A stretch of 10,259 bases of DNA, from positions 1 through 10,259 of the forward strand of contig DUFS01000059.1 in NCBI GenBank assembly GCA_013331805.1, given 5' to 3'. The notes beneath the pieces were generated by a model. It saw only the letters and a list, made by a program, of their open reading frames with translations, was not told where the DNA came from and made no database searches. Origin of the DNA: Candidatus Micrarchaeota archaeon (GTDB lineage Archaea; Micrarchaeota; Micrarchaeia; Anstonellales; Anstonellaceae). Below, piece by piece: positions 1 through 7,627 of this stretch (position 1 is its first letter; each line of letters begins with the position of its first letter). The position numbers and the translations under genes were made by a program.

Positions 1-1
1 G

Positions 2-805
2 CCTGTGCTTGCCACCGTGTACGGTACGATAGCGCAGTACATGCAAAACGTCCGCCTTCCCCTCTGGCGCAAAGCGTATCTTTCGTTCACCCAGCTTAGG
101 TTTGAAAAAAATGCCTGCGCACGGGCGGATGCAGTGGCATCATTGTGCAAAAAACAGACCGAAGAAATGGTGCTGCATTACGGCTTTTCACAGGCAAAGC
201 CAATAAACTGCGGAATCAACACCAAGCTCTTCTTCCCAAGGGCAAAGGAAAAGTCAAAAGCGCATCTTGGGCTTGAGGGGCATGAAAAGATAGTGCTTGC
301 ATGCGGCAGGATGAGCGTTGCACACAAAGGATTTGACACATTGCTTGGGCTTGCGGGCTTGCTCCCTAAGGGCTGCACACTGGTGGTGAATGGCAGGGTG
401 CCCAAAAAGCTTGCCAGCATGATGCCCTCCAACATGCTTGCAACCACAACAAAAATAGAAAACCTCCCATTTCTCTACAGTGCCGCAGACCTGCTTGTCC
501 ACCCGTCGCGCTACGAGGGCTTTGGACTGGTGACTGCAGAGGCAATGGCGTGCGGCACGCCGGCAGTGGCATTCGACACTGGCGCAGCATCCGAGCTTAT
601 CGGAAAAAACGAGGGCGGAAGACTGATTTCAGATATGCACGACCAGAGCGGCTTTATCCGCGCCGCGCTTGCTCTCGTCAAGGATGAGGGGTTGTCAAGG
701 AAACTTGGCAGGATGGCACAACAGCGCGCGTCCAGGTTCAGCACCGAGGCAATGGCACAGCATTATTATGATTATTACCAGCAGATTGTTTCAGGGGGCC
801 TCTGA
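2..805 (+). CDS. GT4 (GT-B fold) glycosyltransferase, 5'-truncated by the window edge
   Basis: The frame is open from position 2 to TGA at 803-805. It has GT4 motifs: GR..HKG (LACGRMSVAHKGF), ADLLVHPSRYEGFGLVTAEAMACGTP (EX7E) and a C-terminal RFS..AMA..Y helix. The N-terminal domain is incomplete. Confidence 0.93.
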   Translation, partial: PVLATVYGTIAQYMQNVRLPLWRKAYLSFTQLRFEKNACARADAVASLCKKQTEEMVLHYGFSQAKPINCGINTKLFFPRAKEKSKAHLGLEGHEKIVLACGRMSVAHKGFDTLLGLAGLLPKGCTLVVNGRVPKKLASMMPSNMLATTTKIENLPFLYSAADLLVHPSRYEGFGLVTAEAMACGTPAVAFDTGAASELIGKNEGGRLISDMHDQSGFIRAALALVKDEGLSRKLGRMAQQRASRFSTEAMAQHYYDYYQQIVSGGL

Positions 806-1746
806 TGCCAAAAAAAGCGCTTATTTACGGGATTTCCGGCCAGGATGGCTACTACGCAGCAAAGCTGCTGCAATCCAAGGGCTACGAGATACACGGGATT
901 TCGCACAGCAAGCCAGCGCTTCTGCCCGATGTCGGCTTTACACAAGCCGACCTTGCAGGAGACGAGCGGGCGTATCTTGAGCCCCTGCACAATTTTGCCC
1001 CTGATGAAATATACTATCTTGCTGGCATAAACAGCCACCAGAAAGTAATTGAAAACCCCACGCTCGCATTCCGTGTCAATGCGCTTGCGCCTATTGCAAT
1101 AATGCAGGAAATAAGCTCAAACGCCCCCAAGGCAAGGTTCTTCCATGCCTCCTCTGCCTACATATTCGAAGCAAAGCCAGGGAGGGTAAACGAAGAGACC
1201 GCTCCATTGCCCAATAGCGCATATGGCATCTCAAAACTCTCATCACACCTGATGACCAGGCAATTCCGCAAGGAAGGGCTGTTTGCCTGCAATGGCATCC
1301 TCTTCAATCATGAATCCCCCCAAAGGCAGGCGGATTTTGTGACACGCAAGATAACACGGGCAGCCGCCGCAATCAGCCTTGGAATGCAGCAAGAAAAGCT
1401 TGCATTGGGCAACCTGGACGCGCAGCGCGACTGGGGCTTTGCTGGCGACTATGTGGAGGCAATGTGGCTGATGCTGCAGCAGGAAAGGCCGGACGACTAT
1501 ATAATCGCGACAGGTGAAACGCACACGGTGCGCGAATTTAGCCAGGAGGCTTTTTTGCACGTGCATTTGGATTGGGAAGACCATGTCCGTTCAGACCCTG
1601 CGCTTGTCAGAAAAAGCGAACAGCGACTTGAAGCAGACATCTCCAAGGCGCGCATGAAACTGGGCTGGGCGCCCAAAGTTAAATTTAAAGAAATTGTGCA
1701 TATGATGGTGGATGCTGATTTGGAAAGCTTGAAGCAGGGGAGGTAA
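805..1746 (+). CDS. GDP-mannose 4,6-dehydratase-like SDR, divergent paralog (possible GDP-4-keto-6-deoxymannose reductase)
   Basis: GMD-family motifs are present: GISGQDG Rossmann motif, YGISK (YxxxK), [15 protein letters not shown] and [25 protein letters not shown]. The ASSSE motif is changed to ASSAY and the RR loop is missing. The start overlaps the upstream stop (TGATG, 803-807). Confidence 0.85.
   Translation: MPKKALIYGISGQDGYYAAKLLQSKGYEIHGISHSKPALLPDVGFTQADLAGDERAYLEPLHNFAPDEIYYLAGINSHQKVIENPTLAFRVNALAPIAIMQEISSNAPKARFFHASSAYIFEAKPGRVNEETAPLPNSAYGISKLSSHLMTRQFRKEGLFACNGILFNHESPQRQADFVTRKITRAAAAISLGMQQEKLALGNLDAQRDWGFAGDYVEAMWLMLQQERPDDYIIATGETHTVREFSQEAFLHVHLDWEDHVRSDPALVRKSEQRLEADISKARMKLGWAPKVKFKEIVHMMVDADLESLKQGR
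1423..1500 (+). repeat. 78-bp direct repeat, copy 1 (inside the GMD-like paralog)
   Basis: cagcgcgactggggctttgctggcgactatgtGgaggcaatgtggctgatgctgcagcaggaaaGgccggaCgactat; 75/78 identical to 2405-2482. Confidence 0.95.
1739..1744 (+). promoter_or_regulatory. Shine-Dalgarno-like ribosome binding site for gmd
   Basis: GGAGGT ends 6 nt before the ATG at 1751 and overlaps the end of the upstream gene. Confidence 0.6.
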
Positions 1747-1750
1747 TGCC

Positions 1751-2767
1751 ATGAAAACAGCTCTTATAACCGGGATTACTGGACAGGACGGCTCATACCT
1801 TTCAGAACTCCTGATATCAAAAGGCTACCGCGTGATTGGCATCGTGCGCCGCTCAAGCAGCGTGGACAGCCGAGGCAGGCTGGATCATCTCGACCCGGAT
1901 GTAAGGAAAAAAATAATTCTCCAATACGGCGACATGACTGATGCATCATCCCTGGTCGCCATAATAAAGAGATTCGAGCCTTCCGAAGTCTACAACCTCG
2001 CTGCGCAGTCGCACGTGAAGATAAGTTTCGACCAGCCCATTTACACAAGCGAAGTCACGGGAGTCGGCACCCTGAATGTGCTTGAAGCCATACGCATATC
2101 TGGTTTGAACGTGCGGTTCTACCAGGCATCTTCCTCAGAGCAGTTTGGCAAGGTTGCACACACGCCGCAAAATGAATCCACCCCGTTCTACCCGCGAAGC
2201 CCCTATGGCGTCTCAAAAGTATTTGCGCACTGGATAACGGTAAACTACCGGGAGGCGTATGGGATGCACAACTCCTGCGGCATACTTTTCAACCATGAGT
2301 CCCCAAGGCGCGGCGAGAATTTTGTCACCAGGAAAATCAGCCTAGGGGTTGCAAAAATAAAGGAAGAGATGGATGCCGAACTTCGGCTTGGCAATATCGA
2401 TTCCCAGCGCGACTGGGGCTTTGCTGGCGACTATGTCGAGGCAATGTGGCTGATGCTGCAGCAGGAAAAGCCGGATGACTATGTTGTTGCGACCGGGGTG
2501 TCCCACACTGTCCGGGACTTCTGCGAGGCTGCATTTTCCCACGCAGGGATGGACTACAAGGATTATGTGAAGACTGACTCTGAATATTTCCGCCCTTCGG
2601 AAGTGGACGCGCTTCGCGGAGATGCGGCAAAGGCAAGGGAAAAACTCGGTTGGAAGCCAAAAACGGACTTCAAGAGCTTGGTGGGTATGATGGTGGATTC
2701 CGACCTGGCATTTGTGCGGAACAATTTCTCGTACAAACACAGCGGCTTTAGGCTGAGCAGGAGATGA
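1751..2767 (+). CDS. gmd: GDP-mannose 4,6-dehydratase
   Basis: All canonical GMD motifs are present: [74 protein letters not shown] and FRPSEV. An SD-like GGAGGT lies 6 nt upstream. Confidence 0.96.
   Translation: MKTALITGITGQDGSYLSELLISKGYRVIGIVRRSSSVDSRGRLDHLDPDVRKKIILQYGDMTDASSLVAIIKRFEPSEVYNLAAQSHVKISFDQPIYTSEVTGVGTLNVLEAIRISGLNVRFYQASSSEQFGKVAHTPQNESTPFYPRSPYGVSKVFAHWITVNYREAYGMHNSCGILFNHESPRRGENFVTRKISLGVAKIKEEMDAELRLGNIDSQRDWGFAGDYVEAMWLMLQQEKPDDYVVATGVSHTVRDFCEAAFSHAGMDYKDYVKTDSEYFRPSEVDALRGDAAKAREKLGWKPKTDFKSLVGMMVDSDLAFVRNNFSYKHSGFRLSRR
2405..2482 (+). repeat. 78-bp direct repeat, copy 2 (inside gmd)
   Basis: cagcgcgactggggctttgctggcgactatgtCgaggcaatgtggctgatgctgcagcaggaaaAgccggaTgactat; 75/78 identical to 1423-1500. 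Confidence 0.95.
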
Positions 2768-2825
2768 AAGATGCTGGTTTTGCTGCACCCAGTACAGATC
2801 AACTACCGTGATTGGTATCCCCCGG

Positions 2826-3770
2826 TTAGAGACGGCTTGCCCAGTCGCTTATCCTACTGGCAATTGACTTGGCATCCAGCCCGTTGAGCTTCCGGAGGTA
2901 CTCCTGGTCGCCCACGGTCTTTTGGAATGCATCCGGAAGTGAGATATATCTGAAGTTGGCACAAACTCCGTTTTTGGAGAGAGTTTCGCAGACTGCTGAA
3001 CGCAGACCACCTATTTCGCTGTGTTCCTCGATGGTGACTAGAAGATTAGAACTTTGTGCCTGCTCAAGAACAAGTCTTTCATCAAGAGGCTTAATCCACG
3101 GTACACTGAAGATATCTACTGGTATGTCACCAGAGGCAATCTGTTTGGCTGCTAGATAGGCATTGTAGACTATATTGCCAGTAGCAAGAATGGCAATCCT
3201 CTTTCCGCTGCCTTTTGATGAAAAAATGGGGATGCCTTTTCCAACCTGCATTTTTGGAGGCTGGCTGTAGATGGCGGGCTCCTTGCCTCTGCCCAACCTG
3301 ACAAATACTGGGCTTTTCAGATTGCATATTGCCGCAGGAAGCGTGGCTGCCTCGAGAGAATCTGACGGGCAGACCACTTGCATGTTGGGCATTGAACGCA
3401 TGATGCTTATATCTTCAGTCGGCTGGTGCGTTGAGCCTGACTGTGCATAGTCCAATCCGCTTCCCACACCCACGATTTTCACGCCAATGTTGTGGTAGCA
3501 GATATCCACACGTATCTGCTCTAGGCAGCGGTAGGTGACAAACGGAGTTATTGAATACACGAATGGCTTTTTGCCTGCAAGCGCCATGCCTGCAGCCATC
3601 GACATGGTATTTGCTTCAGATATGCCCGAGTTGACATACTGTGTGGGCAGCTCATCACGGAATCTCTCCAGTAGATTGAAGCCCATGTCAGCAGTGAGCA
3701 GAATCACACGTGGATCCGCTTTTGCAACTCCGAAGAGTGCCTTGAAAAAGGACGTTCTCACCTCATTCAC
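2826..3770 (-). CDS. Transketolase-like protein, C-terminal subunit (pyrimidine-binding and C-terminal domains)
   Basis: Motifs LTADMG, GISEANTMSMAAGMA, YRCLEQIR, GSTHQPTED, PVFVRLGR, IKPLD and TIEEHSEIGGL. The start is either GTG 3770 (8-bp overlap with the upstream gene) or GTG 3761 (MRTSF..., preceded by AGGTGA). Confidence 0.92.
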   Translation of the reverse strand: MNEVRTSFFKALFGVAKADPRVILLTADMGFNLLERFRDELPTQYVNSGISEANTMSMAAGMALAGKKPFVYSITPFVTYRCLEQIRVDICYHNIGVKIVGVGSGLDYAQSGSTHQPTEDISIMRSMPNMQVVCPSDSLEAATLPAAICNLKSPVFVRLGRGKEPAIYSQPPKMQVGKGIPIFSSKGSGKRIAILATGNIVYNAYLAAKQIASGDIPVDIFSVPWIKPLDERLVLEQAQSSNLLVTIEEHSEIGGLRSAVCETLSKNGVCANFRYISLPDAFQKTVGDQEYLRKLNGLDAKSIASRISDWASRL

Positions 3771-4710
3771 CTTTTTCCGCGTAGAACTGGAGATTTTGCC
3801 TCACCCATTCTACACTTTTCTTGACACCTTCCTTAAGCGAGTGACGCGGCTTCCACTTCAGGAGCCTGTCCGCTTTGCTGGTGTCAGCTACCCAGTAAAA
3901 GTCGCCTGATTCATCAGTCGCAAGCTTGGCCCATGCTGGCTTGGAAGTGGTCTTTGTCTCGGCTATTATTGCCTCGACCATGCTTCGCACGTCGTACTGC
4001 CTGCCGGTGCCGATGTTTATTACCTCGCCTTTCAGCTCTGGGCGGCGCACCAGCTCAAGGTAGGCATCTTCGATATCCTGGGTGTAGATGAAGTCGCGCT
4101 TCTGCAGGCCAGAAGTGAACTCCAGCTCCTGGTTGAGCAGGCATTTCCTGATGGTGGACGGCACCAGGCGCGTGGACTCCTCAAAAGGTCCGAAGACCGA
4201 AAAAAGGCGCGTGGTTACTATGGGCGCGCCGGTAATCTTAGTATGGACCTGGCAAAAGATGGTGGCGCCTGCCTTGGTGGCCCCGTAATAGTTCACCGGG
4301 GCAGGAAGGTCGCCTTCTGCCATGTATTTTTTCACCAGCCCGTACTCGGAAGAGCTGCTGGTGTTTATGAAGGACTCGTATTTCACCTTGTCCGAAGCGC
4401 GCACCAAGTTCAGGGTGCCCACCATGTTGGTTTCGAAAATCTTGTCCAGATCAGTCTGGATTCTGGGGTAGGCGCCGTAGGTCGCCAGATGGATTATCGA
4501 GTGCGGCCTGACTTTTTCCATTGTGCTGCACAGCGCCGGGTAGTCCAGCAGGTCGAGTTCGTGCACCTGCATCTGGTCCAGCACGTCATGCAGGCGCCAG
4601 GTGTTGGCGCCCCTGCGGACCGATATGTGCACCTCCCAGCCTTCTGAAAGGAAGCGGCGCGCGATGTTGGCGCCCACAAAACCCGTCGAGCCGCTCACAA
4701 AGACTTTCAT
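3763..4710 (-). CDS. NAD(P)-dependent extended SDR, NDP-sugar ketoreductase/epimerase (resembles CDP-abequose/paratose synthase-type reductases)
   Basis: The true start is probably ATG 4710 (MKVFVSGSTGFVG), with GGAGG 7 nt upstream and an ATGA overlap with the upstream stop. Motifs GxxGxxG, HLA, TSSSSEYG, YGATK, RLFSVFGP and TSGLQKRDFIY. Confidence 0.88.
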   Translation of the reverse strand: MKVFVSGSTGFVGANIARRFLSEGWEVHISVRRGANTWRLHDVLDQMQVHELDLLDYPALCSTMEKVRPHSIIHLATYGAYPRIQTDLDKIFETNMVGTLNLVRASDKVKYESFINTSSSSEYGLVKKYMAEGDLPAPVNYYGATKAGATIFCQVHTKITGAPIVTTRLFSVFGPFEESTRLVPSTIRKCLLNQELEFTSGLQKRDFIYTQDIEDAYLELVRRPELKGEVINIGTGRQYDVRSMVEAIIAETKTTSKPAWAKLATDESGDFYWVADTSKADRLLKWKPRHSLKEGVKKSVEWVRQNLQFYAEKGE

Positions 4711-5822
4711 GCCTTTTCCTCCAGCCACCTTGGATACGGAAATATCGAGCCTATCCTGCCAGCAAACCCAAGCGAGCGGATGTCTTTTCTTATTTCGTCC
4801 TCGTATACAGAGGAAAGGATGATTATGGCATCGGGGGGTTGCGACTGCACCTCTGATGGAGGCACTATCTTCATCCTGCTTCCAGATGCGTAGAGACCCC
4901 ACTTGTTCCTGTCCGTATCAACGATGAATGGAACCAGCCGATGGCTAATCCCGCATTCACAAAGCAGGGTAACCCCGGCTCCAGAGGCGCCCCACATCCA
5001 AGTCTTTTTGCCAGGTTCTATAAGCGAGAGGAGTTGTGCCTTCATTTTTTCTTGGCCCCAATCGAAGTCGGGCTGCGCGGAATTTCTTACTATGACTGTA
5101 AGGAACTCCTCGCGCATGGGGGAGTGGAGCTCCAAGAGCTGCAGACCCGCAAGATAAATGGTTTTGAGGAGCGTCTGCGGGGTGAAATAGAGCGTGTGCT
5201 CGCGAAAGAACTCGAACCATTTCTTGTTCTTTATCTGCTGTTCTGCATTCGGCACCTCTATGAGCCCCACTGCGCCCTCCTGGCAGCGCGAAGAGGCGTT
5301 CCTGAGTATTTCCACTGGATTTGAAACATGCTCCAGCACAAAGCGCAGGGCAAATGAATCGTAGCCGCTGAACTTTTCAGGAGTGTTCCGGTCGAAAAAC
5401 ATGTTGTGGGCGTCCACGCCAGCAGCCTGCGCTGCCTTGCACGCGGCAACAGAGGGCTCGAAGGCAACCACCCTTGCCCCCAGCTTGGCCATCGCAGAGG
5501 AGAAAAGGCCGTTGCCGCAGCCTATCTCCACGAAGTTTTTCGCCCCGTACTTTCCAGCCAGCAAGTCTGCAAACCGCTCGACGTGCTCCACTGCCAGCCC
5601 AGAGAAGGATATGTTTCGCTGGTAGTCTGAAGAGTACTCCTCCTCCGGGAAGTCCTCGGCCAGCTGCACCAAGCCGCAGGCCAGGCACTTTGATACGCTC
5701 AGCCTTACCTGGACGTCTTTTTCCAGCTCCTTTTCCGAGAGGTACTTGTGGCTGTACTTGGGGCAGGAGTTGGTTTCGAACACCGTCTTAAGCGAGCCCG
5801 AGCCGCAAACCCTGCAAGCCAT
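4707..5822 (-). CDS. SAM-dependent, Zn-binding NDP-sugar C-methyltransferase (TcaB9/NovU/EryBIII-like three-domain architecture)
   Basis: N-terminal CRVC...CLAC-GLVQL Zn site, SAM motif I EIGCGNG, FVLEHV, IEVPN, EH..YF, and a C-terminal domain WGASGAGVTLL...VDTDRNKWG...IIILS. Confidence 0.85.
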   Translation of the reverse strand: MACRVCGSGSLKTVFETNSCPKYSHKYLSEKELEKDVQVRLSVSKCLACGLVQLAEDFPEEEYSSDYQRNISFSGLAVEHVERFADLLAGKYGAKNFVEIGCGNGLFSSAMAKLGARVVAFEPSVAACKAAQAAGVDAHNMFFDRNTPEKFSGYDSFALRFVLEHVSNPVEILRNASSRCQEGAVGLIEVPNAEQQIKNKKWFEFFREHTLYFTPQTLLKTIYLAGLQLLELHSPMREEFLTVIVRNSAQPDFDWGQEKMKAQLLSLIEPGKKTWMWGASGAGVTLLCECGISHRLVPFIVDTDRNKWGLYASGSRMKIVPPSEVQSQPPDAIIILSSVYEDEIRKDIRSLGFAGRIGSIFPYPRWLEEKA

Positions 5823-6641
5823 TCACACCAACTCCTCCATTGCCTTTGCGTATTCCGCGTCCGAAGGATACTTGTAGTGCCACTCCAGCCTGCCCTCCAT
5901 GTAGCTGACTCCCTTGCCCTTCACCGTGTCCGCTATTACCACCTTGGGCTTGCCGCTTTTCATGAAGCCGGAGGAGAAAAGCCCCAGCAGCGCCTCGAGG
6001 GAATTCCCGTCCAGCCGCGCAGTCTCCCAGCCGAAAGCCCTGAATTTTTCCTCAATGGGCTCCAGGGGCAGGATCTCCTCCACGCTGCCAAAGCTCTGGA
6101 TCTTGTTGTAGTCCACGATTGCCACCAAGTTGTCGAGTTTCTTCGCCCCGGAGAAAAGGACGGCTTCCCAGACGCTGCCCTCGTCCAGCTCGCCATCGGA
6201 GAGCAGCACGAACACCCTGTTTTTTCCCCCATCAAGCTTTATTGCCGTGGCAATCCCACACCCAAGCCCGAGTCCGTGCCCCAGCGAACCTGTGGAAACT
6301 TCCACGCCAGGAACGCAGCCCTTGGTCGGATGCCCAGGCAGGCTGCTTTCGTTCTGGTAGTAGGAGTCGAGCCTGGAAGCTGGAAAAAATCCCGCGTGCG
6401 CAAGAGCCGCATACAGGGCGGCGCTTGCGTGCCCCTTGCTCAATATGAAATAGTCCCGATTTTCCCACAGGGGCTTTTTCGTGTCAAAGCGCATCACCTT
6501 GTCCAAATAGAGCACTGTGAGTATTTCGATGCAGGAGAGGCAGCTTCCCACATGGGAGGCTTTTGCCTTGTGGCACATGCCCACCACGTCCCTTCTGATC
6601 TGAGTTGCTGCTGCAGACAGGGATTTTGCAGGTGTGACCAT
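5823..6641 (-). CDS. Transketolase-like protein, N-terminal ThDP-binding subunit
   Basis: Motifs SHVGSCLS, RDYFILSKGHAS, LPGHP, STGSLGHGLG, ThDP motif SDGELDEG...DYN, TVKGKGVSYME and WHYK. Confidence 0.93.
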   Translation of the reverse strand: MVTPAKSLSAAATQIRRDVVGMCHKAKASHVGSCLSCIEILTVLYLDKVMRFDTKKPLWENRDYFILSKGHASAALYAALAHAGFFPASRLDSYYQNESSLPGHPTKGCVPGVEVSTGSLGHGLGLGCGIATAIKLDGGKNRVFVLLSDGELDEGSVWEAVLFSGAKKLDNLVAIVDYNKIQSFGSVEEILPLEPIEEKFRAFGWETARLDGNSLEALLGLFSSGFMKSGKPKVVIADTVKGKGVSYMEGRLEWHYKYPSDAEYAKAMEELV

Positions 6642-7627
6642 CAGACTATCCCCTTGAGTTCGAGGTGCTTTTTATACCATGGAAGGGTTTCCCTCAGCCC
6701 ATCTTCAATCCCGTACCGCGCCTTCCAGCCAAGAAGTCTTGCAGCCTTTTTGCTGGAAAGGTACTGCGCCTTTATCTCAGCAGTCGCCTCCCCAAGTATG
6801 ACTGGTTTTAAGTCGGAATGCATCTCATGTAGGATAAGCTTGACAAGCGACAGCACATCAATCTTAGCCTCGGTGCTGAAGTTAAATGCTTGGCCAGCAA
6901 TTTCCTTCCTGTGCATGTTTTCACCCAAGAGCAGATATGCAGACGCCGCATCCTTTACAAACAGGTAGTCGCGGACATAGGTTCCGTCGCTTCTGATGAT
7001 GGGATGCTGCCCCAGCAGCACTGATTGGATGGTGCCAGGTATTATTCTGTTGAAGTTGGTGTCGCCAGACCCGTATAGATTACCGCATCTCGCAATCGAG
7101 ACTGGAAGTCCATATGTATGGAAGTAGGACTGTGAAATTAGGTCGGCACAACTCTTTGAAACATCGTAGGGATGCGTGCCCTGAAGCGGGGTCTCTTCAA
7201 CATAGGGAAGCTTTTCTTGGCTGCCATATGCTTTGTCGGAGGACGCTACCACCACCCGTCTTACCAGCCCTGAAACCCTTGCAGCTTCAAGCAGGTTCCA
7301 GGTCCCCTCGATGTTGGACTTGAATGTCTGCAGAGGCGATCGGTTGGCAGCGCCCACAATGGCCTGCGCGCCCAGGTGGAAGACTGTATCTATCTCGTAT
7401 TCGTTCATGGTCCGCTCGAGAGCGAAGTAGTCCTCAAGCTCGCCGCGCACTGCTGCTGCCTTTTCCCAGATGCCTGACTCATAAATTCTGGATGAGGGAA
7501 CGTAATCCCGTAGGAAAAAAGTCACGTTCGCTCCTTGCTCAAGCAAAAGCTCGGCAAGATGCGATCCTAAAAATCCTGAGGCGCCGCTCACAAGTACGTT
7601 CTTTTGGAACCAGAATTCCTTTTTCAT
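6641..7627 (-). CDS. rfbG: CDP-glucose 4,6-dehydratase-like SDR (RfbG/DdhB family)
   Basis: The likely start is ATG 7627 ([22 protein letters not shown]), with an ATGA overlap with rfbF. Motifs [15 protein letters not shown] (dehydratase Asp-Lys), [22 protein letters not shown] and RIIP. It lies directly downstream of the cytidylyltransferase. Confidence 0.8.
   Translation of the reverse strand: MKKEFWFQKNVLVSGASGFLGSHLAELLLEQGANVTFFLRDYVPSSRIYESGIWEKAAAVRGELEDYFALERTMNEYEIDTVFHLGAQAIVGAANRSPLQTFKSNIEGTWNLLEAARVSGLVRRVVVASSDKAYGSQEKLPYVEETPLQGTHPYDVSKSCADLISQSYFHTYGLPVSIARCGNLYGSGDTNFNRIIPGTIQSVLLGQHPIIRSDGTYVRDYLFVKDAASAYLLLGENMHRKEIAGQAFNFSTEAKIDVLSLVKLILHEMHSDLKPVILGEATAEIKAQYLSSKKAARLLGWKARYGIEDGLRETLPWYKKHLELKGIV

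Noticed and set aside
105..1913. A7 homopolymers (105-111, 810-816, 1907-1913) as phase-variation tracts
   Set aside because: They are short, explained by Lys/Glu/Asn codons, and all reading frames are intact.
1423..2482. The 78-bp repeats as a CRISPR array or mobile-element ends
   Set aside because: There are only two copies, both in-frame at homologous positions of paralogous genes, with no spacers, transposase or target-site duplication.
2768..2825. Possible terminator or small ORF in the convergent gap (short ORFs from ATG 2764 and ATG 2771; weak ctgg..ccag pairing)
   Set aside because: There is no stable hairpin with a U-tract, and the short ORFs have no coding support; one of them runs antisense into TK-C.
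4711..4902. 64-aa N-terminal extension of the SDR in the ORF track (start 4902)
   Set aside because: It overlaps the methyltransferase C-terminus. The Rossmann motif begins right after ATG 4710, which has an SD and an ATGA overlap.
5748..6968. 406-aa ORF on the + strand
   Set aside because: It is antisense to the well-supported TK-N, rfbG and methyltransferase genes in a GC-rich stretch and has no recognisable motifs, so it is a typical shadow ORF.
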